Part shown: one piece after another, positions 30,416 to 38,351 of the stretch
Position numbering within the stretch: position 1 is the stretch's first letter
Layout of the letters: every line of letters begins with the position of its first letter
Source: an uncultured Mycoplasmatota bacterium
Lineage (GTDB): Bacteria > Bacillota_I > Bacilli_A > RF39 > UBA660
Assembly (NCBI GenBank): GCA_947646095.1
Contig: CANSFI010000003.1
Location: forward strand, 5,011 to 69,010
Direction of reading: 5' to 3'
DNA length: 64,000 bases
The notes under the pieces: generated by a model
The model's input: only the letters and a program-made list of their open reading frames with translations
Database searches by the model: none
What the model was told of the DNA's origin: nothing
Translations under genes and position numbers: made by a program

Positions 30416-31123
30416 TTACAACTGATTTTTAAATTTATTTTGAATATCTTTAATAGATCTAAAAGATAATAGATTAATTTCAATATTGTTATCAAAGGTA
30501 ATTGTTCGCATATTTTTATCTACAAATATAATTCTATCAGTATTTACTATACAAGCACGATGACTATATATAAATCTATCATCTAATGAATTAAATATAT
30601 CTTTTAGTGTAGAAAAAATAGAATAATGATTATTATCAGTAACAATTAAAATGCGATGATTATCTTTTTCTTTGGTTATATATAATATTTTGTCTAAATT
30701 AATTTTATATAATATATTATTTGATTTAATTTTTAAACAATTATTACTTAGTTTTTTAACTATTAAGGAAAGGAAATCATACAAAACTCTATAATTATTT
30801 TCATAATCAATAACACCTGATATCATAATTAATTCTCTATATATTTTTTGAAAAAACTTAGATGAATAATTAGTATTAAGAAATATAAAACTTTGAAAAT
30901 CATATTTGCGTATTTTTTTAGCAAATTCAAAAGCTTCTAATCCTAAAGAATCTATGTCTAGTATATATATTTTAGGTTGTTCTTCTAATTGAGGTATTTG
31001 ATTGATTTCTTTATAAAAATATATTTTATATTCTTGATTTAAATTATTCATAATTTTAAAGATAATAGTTTTAATTATTTTTTGAAAAGATATATTTTTA
31101 TCAATTATAACAAAGTTAATCAT
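30416..31123 (-). CDS. LytTR-family DNA-binding regulator with a degenerate receiver-like N-terminal domain, no adjacent kinase
   Basis: C-terminal LytTR pattern (ILYITKEKDNHRILIVTDNNHYSIFSTLKDI...FIYSHRACIVNTDRI); N-terminus has VIIDKN and IYILDIDS receiver-like strands. Confidence 0.75.
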   Translation of the reverse strand: MINFVIIDKNISFQKIIKTIIFKIMNNLNQEYKIYFYKEINQIPQLEEQPKIYILDIDSLGLEAFEFAKKIRKYDFQSFIFLNTNYSSKFFQKIYRELIMISGVIDYENNYRVLYDFLSLIVKKLSNNCLKIKSNNILYKINLDKILYITKEKDNHRILIVTDNNHYSIFSTLKDIFNSLDDRFIYSHRACIVNTDRIIFVDKNMRTITFDNNIEINLLSFRSIKDIQNKFKNQL

Positions 31124-31226
31124 GAAAATACCTCCTTCTTTATATATTTTATCATATTTTTGTTAAAAAGATTTAGTAATATTTTATTATTTAATGGATA
31201 TAATTAATTGTAAATGGGTGATATTT

Positions 31227-32594
31227 ATGGATAAGAAAAAATTATTTATTATTGGTAGTATAATTCTAGCATTTATAGCTTTACTATTATTATACTTATT
31301 TAAAAATAAAGATAAAGCTAAAACTAGTGAAATTGAAGCTACTATATTAACTTTAGAAGACAGTTACTTAACAGTTAAAGATCATGAAAATATTATTTAT
31401 ACTTTTGATATTGATGATATCGATGCTGAAGTAGGATCTGGTATTACTATCGAATATAGAGGTATATTAGATAAAAATAAAGAATTACAAGATGTAGAAA
31501 TTGTTAACTACACTATTACTCCAGTTATTAAAGATGAAAATAATATTTCATCTGATTGGTTAGATAAAGGAATATTTAGTGATTATTATGTCCTTGCTAA
31601 TAACAGACTTAAAAAGATGTCATTAGATGAAAAAATTAGTCAAATTCTTTTAGTTAGATATCCAGATACTAATCAAATAGAAGAATTAAAAAACTATCAA
31701 TTTGGAGGATATTTATTCTTTGCTAAAGATTTTAAAGATAAAACAATATCTGAGATACAAAATATGACATCTAATCTCCAAAAAGTAGCTAAAATACCTA
31801 TTCTTACAGCTGTAGATGAAGAAGGTGGTAGTGTTGTTAGAGTTAGTAGTAATTATAATTTAGTTAAAGAACCTTTTAAATCTCCAAGAGAATTGTATAA
31901 TTTAGGTGGTCTTGATAAAATTAAAGAGGATACTATTGCTAAAAGTGGTGTATTAAATAATTTAGGACTTAATCTTAATTTAGCTCCAGTTGTAGATGTA
32001 TCTACTGATCCAAGTGATTATATGTATAACAGATCATTAGGAGAAAACACTAGTATAACTTCTGACTATGCTAAAACTGTTATAAAAGCTAGTAAGGGTT
32101 CTCATGTATCTTATACTTTAAAACACTTTCCAGGTTATGGAAATAATGCTGATACACATACTAGTAGTGTAACTGATACTAGAAGTATAGATGATATTAA
32201 AAATAATGATTTACCACCATTTGAAGCAGGAATAGAAGCTGGTGCTGAAGCTGTTTTAGTAAGTCATAATATAGTTAATAGTATTGATTCTACTAATCCT
32301 GCTTCCCTATCTTTTAGTGTTCATAACTTACTTAGAAATGATTTAGGGTTTACTGGCATAATTATAACTGATGATATAGCTATGTCTGCTGTTTCTTCTA
32401 TTGATGATGTTGTAGTTAAAGCTGTTAATGCTGGTAATGATTTAATTATTACTACTGACTATAAAAGCAGTATATCAAGTATTAAAAGTGCTATAAATAA
32501 TGGAACTATTGGTGAAGATACTATTGATAGAATGGTTTTTAGAGTTTTAGCTTGGAAATATTATAAAGGTATGATGATTGAAAATCAAAAATAA
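31227..32594 (+). CDS. membrane-anchored glycoside hydrolase family 3 (beta-N-acetylhexosaminidase, NagZ/YbbD-like)
   Basis: ATG 31227 with gggtgat RBS; N-terminal TM; KHFPGYGNNADTHT and AVDEEGGSV motifs. Confidence 0.8.
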   Translation: MDKKKLFIIGSIILAFIALLLLYLFKNKDKAKTSEIEATILTLEDSYLTVKDHENIIYTFDIDDIDAEVGSGITIEYRGILDKNKELQDVEIVNYTITPVIKDENNISSDWLDKGIFSDYYVLANNRLKKMSLDEKISQILLVRYPDTNQIEELKNYQFGGYLFFAKDFKDKTISEIQNMTSNLQKVAKIPILTAVDEEGGSVVRVSSNYNLVKEPFKSPRELYNLGGLDKIKEDTIAKSGVLNNLGLNLNLAPVVDVSTDPSDYMYNRSLGENTSITSDYAKTVIKASKGSHVSYTLKHFPGYGNNADTHTSSVTDTRSIDDIKNNDLPPFEAGIEAGAEAVLVSHNIVNSIDSTNPASLSFSVHNLLRNDLGFTGIIITDDIAMSAVSSIDDVVVKAVNAGNDLIITTDYKSSISSIKSAINNGTIGEDTIDRMVFRVLAWKYYKGMMIENQK

Positions 32595-32620
32595 ACTCGT
32601 TAAATCAATAACGAGTTTTT
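32593..32620. terminator. bidirectional intrinsic terminator
   Basis: AAACTCGTT-aaatcaat-AACGAGTTT plus T's. Confidence 0.65.
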
Positions 32621-32624
32621 AGTA

Positions 32625-32870
32625 TTAATTTTGAGTTATTTTTTTAATAAAATTTTTTTTACTTTTTATTTGTTGCCTATTAATTTCTTTTCGTTGATTT
32701 TTAGACAATCTAATATTTCCTTGAATATGATCATACAATAAATCTTTAATTTGTAATGATTTGCTAGGATAAATTTCACTTTCTGAAATTCCATCACGGA
32801 TTAATAAATATCTTGATTCTTTAAAAACTAAATATGTAGATAAATCATTTATATTATACACAGTAGTCAT
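32625..32870 (-). CDS. hypothetical protein, possibly a 5'-truncated remnant
   Basis: The frame stays open ~130 nt upstream of the listed ATG (..IELIGVKNIEYIQVVLIVLDIILSKNEDISRNDIVRLI-M) with no ATG/GTG/TTG and no RBS. Confidence 0.3.
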   Translation of the reverse strand: MTTVYNINDLSTYLVFKESRYLLIRDGISESEIYPSKSLQIKDLLYDHIQGNIRLSKNQRKEINRQQIKSKKNFIKKITQN

Positions 32871-33041
32871 AATTAAACGAACTATATCATTTCTTGATAT
32901 ATCTTCATTTTTAGATAATATTATATCTAAAACAATAAGAACAACTTGAATGTATTCAATATTTTTGACACCAATTAATTCGATTATATTTAATAATTAT
33001 TCTATCACTCTCAAATAAAAAATTTGAGTTTTATATCTATG

Positions 33042-33118
33042 TGGTGATCCGTACGAGATTCGGACTCGTGAATGTTGCCTTGAGAGGGCAATGTGTTAAA
33101 CCACTTCACCAACGGACC
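33042..33118 (-). tRNA. tRNA-Glu (anticodon CTC) with an atypical T-loop
   Basis: Aligns position by position with B. subtilis tRNA-Glu (GGTCCGTTGGTGAAGTGGTTTAACAC...ACGGATCACCA); anticodon loop CT-CTC-AA; T-loop reads TCCGAAT. Confidence 0.75.
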
Positions 33119-33464
33119 AACTAAATAATATATTAATCAAAAGACATTACTATGTTATCATAAATGTATGGTTTCTTTCAATACCTTTCTTTATTTTTTT
33201 ACAAAAATCTTCTTACATATAATTATAAATCTAATATATTAATATCATTTTTAAAACTATCTTAGCTAACCTTATCTAGAATACTTCTTAATACTTTGTT
33301 TTTATAATAACCCATCTTTTAAAATAATTCTATTTCATCATAAAGTTTCTGATAATTTAAAGGAATTGTTTGTAAAACAATAAAAATGATGGATTGTCAA
33401 CTACTTAGTTTTTTATTATATAAGCTAGCCATTTATTCATATGTAAGTTTTTTTATTTATAATA

Positions 33465-35120
33465 TCAATTTAAATAAAAGACTTCAAATCTTTTTTTTAT
33501 TCTTTCTTTTCCTAATATCTTTAATATTTCATATAGATCAGGAGTAATTTTTTTAGTTGTTAATGCTACCCTAATAACTGTACTTATATCTGCTATACTT
33601 CCTTTATATTTATCAAGATTTAGTTTATATTCTTTTATATTAGATGCATATCCTAATTCTTCAGATAAAAGTTTTAATTTATTAAACCAAGTATCTTTGT
33701 CATCATTAATATCATAATATTTATCTATATAAGTTTTTAATATCTTTTCTATTTCTTTATGATCAGTTATTTTATCAAATTCATAGTTTTTTTCTTTAAA
33801 TAGTTCATCATACATATAACATATTTGATTTTTAATATCAGAAAAACATATAAAATCTTTTCGAGGATTTTTTTGTTCTCTTTCAATATTAAATATTTTT
33901 ATAGTATATTCAGGATACTTTTTTAATAATAATTCTAATTCCTTATCATATTTTTTGGACCAATTTAAAACTCTATTATATAATTCTTTAGCACTCAGTT
34001 TGCTAATATAATTTTTTGATATATTATTTAGTTTTTCAATATCATATAAAGCTCCACCAGTAGCAGACATTTTCTTAGGACTAAAGATAAAATCTAAATA
34101 TATTTTATCTTTATTATTATCATGCCAAGTTTCATAGTTAGAATTAATAATTGTCATTAAAGATTCAATAACTGCTTGGGTAGGATAACCTTTTTCTTCA
34201 TAGAAAGTCATAGAAGCTTCTGGATCTTTTCTTTTACTTATTTTCCTAAGATTATTACCTTCTTTTTTTAGTAATAAAGGTATATGAATATATTTAGGAT
34301 GTTTAGTATTAAAAGTTTGAAATAATTCTATATGAATTGGAACTGATGATAACCACTCTTCTCCTCTTACTACATGAGTAGTATGCATTAAATAATCGTC
34401 AACAAAATGAGCAAAATGATATGTTGGTAGTCTATCATTAGATTTCATTATTACAAAATCTTGATCATTTTCTGGTAGAGATATTATTCCTCTAACTAAG
34501 TCATTAAAATCAAATCTTTTATTATTATCACCACTAGATTTAAATCTAATAACATAAGGAATACCATTTTTAATATTAGATATTTGTTCATCAATACTTA
34601 AATTTCTACAATTTGCATGCCTCCCATAATAACCAATTCGTTCTTTGTTTTGTTCTTGTTTTTTTCTTTTGTTATTTAATTGTTCTTTAGTACAAAAACA
34701 AGGATATGCTTTACCTATTTGAATTAAATATTTAATAAATGTATGATATATTTCTCTTCTTTTACTTTGAATATAAGGACCATAATTACCAACTATGTTA
34801 TTATTAAATTCATATTCATCTGGTTTTATGTTGTATTTATTTAAAACATCTACTATTTTATCAAAAGATCCATCTACTTTTCTGGATTGATCAGTATCTT
34901 CACATCTTAAATAAAAAATACCATTAGAGGTTTTTGCTAAAATATAATTTATTAAAGCTGTTTCAAAATTACCTAAATGAACAAAACCAGTTGGACTTGG
35001 AGCAAACCTTGTAACTTTAGCAGATTCATCTAAATTTCGAGATGGATACATATCTTTATAATATTCAATGCTTTTATTAATATCTGGAAATATTAAATTA
35101 CTTAAATCTATATTATTCAT
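33465..35120 (-). CDS. gltX: glutamate--tRNA ligase (long 551-aa form)
   Basis: RFAPSPTGFVHLGN (HIGH region), KISKRK (KMSKS region), class I Glx catalytic core; ~35-aa N-terminal extension. Confidence 0.9.
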   Translation of the reverse strand: MNNIDLSNLIFPDINKSIEYYKDMYPSRNLDESAKVTRFAPSPTGFVHLGNFETALINYILAKTSNGIFYLRCEDTDQSRKVDGSFDKIVDVLNKYNIKPDEYEFNNNIVGNYGPYIQSKRREIYHTFIKYLIQIGKAYPCFCTKEQLNNKRKKQEQNKERIGYYGRHANCRNLSIDEQISNIKNGIPYVIRFKSSGDNNKRFDFNDLVRGIISLPENDQDFVIMKSNDRLPTYHFAHFVDDYLMHTTHVVRGEEWLSSVPIHIELFQTFNTKHPKYIHIPLLLKKEGNNLRKISKRKDPEASMTFYEEKGYPTQAVIESLMTIINSNYETWHDNNKDKIYLDFIFSPKKMSATGGALYDIEKLNNISKNYISKLSAKELYNRVLNWSKKYDKELELLLKKYPEYTIKIFNIEREQKNPRKDFICFSDIKNQICYMYDELFKEKNYEFDKITDHKEIEKILKTYIDKYYDINDDKDTWFNKLKLLSEELGYASNIKEYKLNLDKYKGSIADISTVIRVALTTKKITPDLYEILKILGKERIKKRFEVFYLN

Positions 35121-35133
35121 AAAATCACCTATT

Positions 35134-35208
35134 TGGTTGCCCCAGTTAGATTCGAACTAACGCATGTCGGAGTCAGAGGCCGATGCCTTACCACTTGGCT
35201 ATGGGGCA
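35134..35208 (-). tRNA. tRNA-Gln (anticodon CTG)
   Basis: Aligns with B. subtilis tRNA-Gln (TGCCCCATAGCCAAGTGGTAAGGCA...TTCGAATCTAACTGGGGCAACCA); anticodon loop CT-CTG-AC; its 3' end lies 13 nt from the gltX start. Confidence 0.85.
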
Positions 35209-35239
35209 ATGTATAAATAATGAAAAAATAGTATTAAAA

Positions 35240-35659
35240 CTATTTCTCAATCATATTTAATAAATTTATTTTAAATAAATCCTTTTCGGAATGCTCTTTA
35301 GAAACCATTACACCTTTATAAGTTACCAATTCTTGTTGATGGCCTTCACTTAAAATATCTACAGGCATTATTTTGTCTAACATTACAATTTTTTCTGTTT
35401 CATAAACTAAATATATTAATTTTATATCACCATGTACTTTAGAAAACATAATATCAGTTGGTAATTTTAACTCATACGTTTTTGAACCTTGATTACTATT
35501 AGTAGAAACTAATTCCCCTATAAAATTACCTTCTTTAAGCTTAGGATAATATTCAAAATAAAGTTTTTTATATGCTAGCATATTATACTTTTTTAAAGAA
35601 CGTTCTAATTTTTTAAATTCATTTTCATTTATATACTCAAATACATAACTATCTTTCAC
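35240..35659 (-). CDS. hypothetical protein
   Basis: 139-aa ORF with RBS aaaaggaggg; weak RelE-like feel (IKLIYLVYETEKIVMLDKI) but not supportable. Confidence 0.4.
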   Translation of the reverse strand: MKDSYVFEYINENEFKKLERSLKKYNMLAYKKLYFEYYPKLKEGNFIGELVSTNSNQGSKTYELKLPTDIMFSKVHGDIKLIYLVYETEKIVMLDKIMPVDILSEGHQQELVTYKGVMVSKEHSEKDLFKINLLNMIEK

Positions 35660-35731
35660 AATATTACCCTCCTTTTTTATTAGTTAATCGTTTATTAATA
35701 ATATCATAAATACTAATAAAAGTCAATATTT

Positions 35732-36004
35732 TTAAGGCTTAATGTCAATTTCTACTATTGTACATCCATTATTATAGTAAAATGTTTTAAAAGCTATTAC
35801 TTTTTTATTATTTTTTAAGACTATATTAGTAGTTGTTCTAAGTATTCCGCTACCAATACCATGAACAATTGATACAAATTGGTGTTTTAATTTATAATTA
35901 TCGTTTATAAAGTCATTTATAGCTACTCTAGCTGTTTCTCTATCAAAACCATGTAGATCTAATTTAGGAAGATTGTCTATAAATATTAGATCATTTAAAC
36001 TCAT
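35732..36004 (-). CDS. Smr domain protein
   Basis: LDLHGFDRETA...IVHGIGSGILR Smr signature. Confidence 0.75.
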   Translation of the reverse strand: MSLNDLIFIDNLPKLDLHGFDRETARVAINDFINDNYKLKHQFVSIVHGIGSGILRTTTNIVLKNNKKVIAFKTFYYNNGCTIVEIDIKP

Positions 36005-36887
36005 TATAAACTTCTTTCATTTCTTCTATAGTTGGTATTGAAACTCTAGTACCTATTCTAGATACTGATATAGCTCCAGCTATATTAGAAAGTTTTAATA
36101 CTGTTTCAAAATCATATTTTTTAGCAATCCCATAAGTGAATGCTCCATGAAATATATCACCAGCCCCTGTTGAATCAATAGCTTTTACTTTGATTGAAGG
36201 CATTATTTTTAATTCATTATTTATTTTGTATAAACATCCATTAGCTTCTAATGTAACTACTATGTTATTATGAAATATGCTTTCTAATTTACTATACACT
36301 TCTTTTATATTACTATAATCTTCATTGAATTTAATTTCAGCAACATTTTCAGCAAATTCTTTAGAACAGACTAAATATGTAACTAATTTTGATAGTTCAA
36401 TTATTTCTTTTCTTGATCTACCAGCATCTATAATACTAATAGCGTTAGGATATTTTTCTAATATTTTTTTAGACATTTCATATTCTTGTCCATCCATAAG
36501 TATAACGTCTGGCTCAAAATCTAACGAAAAATCACTCATTTTCATATCACTAGGTCTATAGGTAAATGTAGTTCTACTACCATTAGAAGTATTAGCTAAA
36601 ATAAAACTTGATGTAGTTATATGCTGTTCACTCATTTCTAAGTATTTCGTATTAACGTGAACTAAATCAAATTCTGTTTTTATTTTTTTTCCATACAAAT
36701 CTTTACCTACAATACCAGCAAAGTAAGTTTCCATACCCCAACTTCCAAGTAAATAGGCGGCAGTTGCTGATGGCCCTCCACCACATTCAACACGATTATG
36801 AACACGATTTTTAGTATTTTCTAAGGGAAAATTATCTACTGGGATTGTTATATCATATGCTGCATGTCCTATACATAATATTTTCAT
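35991..36887 (-). CDS. PfkB-family carbohydrate kinase
   Basis: ATG 36887 with aggtgat RBS; GGGPSATAA and DSTGAGDIFHGAF motifs. Confidence 0.8.
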   Translation of the reverse strand: MKILCIGHAAYDITIPVDNFPLENTKNRVHNRVECGGGPSATAAYLLGSWGMETYFAGIVGKDLYGKKIKTEFDLVHVNTKYLEMSEQHITTSSFILANTSNGSRTTFTYRPSDMKMSDFSLDFEPDVILMDGQEYEMSKKILEKYPNAISIIDAGRSRKEIIELSKLVTYLVCSKEFAENVAEIKFNEDYSNIKEVYSKLESIFHNNIVVTLEANGCLYKINNELKIMPSIKVKAIDSTGAGDIFHGAFTYGIAKKYDFETVLKLSNIAGAISVSRIGTRVSIPTIEEMKEVYNEFK

Positions 36888-36979
36888 ACTATCACCTATT
36901 TTAATTATAGAACAAAAAAGACAAATAATCAATATTCATCTTCTATATTTTTATATTAATTTACATAATATTTTTGGCA

Positions 36980-37708
36980 TTATAAAGTTTTACTATGACA
37001 ATCAAATTCACTTGGAAGAGAATCCATGTAATCAGCATATTTTCTTAATTCTTCTTCACTATATAAACCAAATTGTTCATCTGGATCTATTTCATCATTC
37101 ATTTTAGATAAAACGAATCTTTCATAATTAGGTTTTTCATATTTTACTATGCTTTGTTTTAAATAATTAGGATTATTATATAATTCAACTCCTATAATTA
37201 GTGATCTAAATTGTTTATAATTAGATGCATATTCAAGTATTTTAAAATAACAAAATTCATTTTCATATTCATTATATAAATAATTATTTATCCATTCTGA
37301 TAACTTAAGAGTGAGGAAATTTTTTCCTTTTAAAAATACTATAAATCTAGGATCTTCTAATAATGGTAAAAATACATTATTCATAAAGTTCAAAAACTTA
37401 GAATTTTTAATGTTTATTTTTCTTTCATTATTATCAGAAATAGATTTTAAATCATGACTATTATTGAATATAGGATCTAATCTTTTTTCATACCCATTAC
37501 TAATATATGATATATATAATTTAGTTTTGTTATTAATAATTGCTTGATTAAAATCCAAAGTTTTCAGTAAATAACTAGGCTCTTTTCCTATTGTATAAGA
37601 ATCTATTGCCATTAAACTTGTTTTTTCTTTCAACTTCCCATTTTCAGGAATATCTATAATAACACTAGGCAAATTATTGAAACCAACCTTTAATGAATAT
37701 CTTCCCAC
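36980..37708 (-). CDS. hypothetical protein
   Basis: 242-aa ORF with RBS ggggggaaa; no motif recognised. Confidence 0.4.
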   Translation of the reverse strand: MGRYSLKVGFNNLPSVIIDIPENGKLKEKTSLMAIDSYTIGKEPSYLLKTLDFNQAIINNKTKLYISYISNGYEKRLDPIFNNSHDLKSISDNNERKINIKNSKFLNFMNNVFLPLLEDPRFIVFLKGKNFLTLKLSEWINNYLYNEYENEFCYFKILEYASNYKQFRSLIIGVELYNNPNYLKQSIVKYEKPNYERFVLSKMNDEIDPDEQFGLYSEEELRKYADYMDSLPSEFDCHSKTL

Positions 37709-37795
37709 GAATTTCCCCCCTATTTATAAATATTATAACATAAAAAAGAATGTAAGCAAATCTAAAATTACTGACTTTATCAATAATTTAAATTA

Positions 37796-38338
37796 TTAAC
37801 ATACATTGTAAATTTTTTGTTTATTTTTATAATCATTAACACTATCATATGTTATTTCTGTATCTATAGTTTCAGTTTCTATTATTTGTTCTATTTTCTT
37901 ATATTTGCTTAAAGTTTTATAATAAGTTTCTTCTATTTTTTTACGTTTTACTTCATAATTTTGATCAAATGGAATTGTTCCAAGTTCGTGATCAAGAATT
38001 TCCTTATTTAATTTATCTGTTATTATTGATGCTTCATCAAAGCTATCAAATAATCTATTTACTTTGGTATAATTAATACATTCAAAATCAAAATCATATT
38101 TGGGAACTGTTCTTTTAAAACCTCTATTAAAACATAAATGTTCCATTATATCTTTTTCTGACCATAAAAACACTACTTCAGCTACATACTTTACATTTTC
38201 ACTACCATATACATATTTTTCACTAACAACATAACATTTTGAAGTAATATAAAAAACTATATCATGTCCAAAATTATTGGCCTTTTCAAAGGACATAATA
38301 GCATATTTTATAGGATATTTCAATTTGCTTATTTCCAT
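37796..38338 (-). CDS. hypothetical protein
   Basis: 180-aa ORF with RBS gaggag; no motif recognised. Confidence 0.4.
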   Translation of the reverse strand: MEISKLKYPIKYAIMSFEKANNFGHDIVFYITSKCYVVSEKYVYGSENVKYVAEVVFLWSEKDIMEHLCFNRGFKRTVPKYDFDFECINYTKVNRLFDSFDEASIITDKLNKEILDHELGTIPFDQNYEVKRKKIEETYYKTLSKYKKIEQIIETETIDTEITYDSVNDYKNKQKIYNVC

Positions 38339-38351
38339 ATACTCCTCATTT

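Noticed and set aside
33119-33464. A T-box or other riboswitch in the 350-nt gap between gltX and tRNA-Glu.
   Set aside because: The gap is downstream of gltX, not upstream. I found no specifier loop or T-box sequence (AANNNGGGTGGTACCGCG-like), and the region is simply AT-rich.
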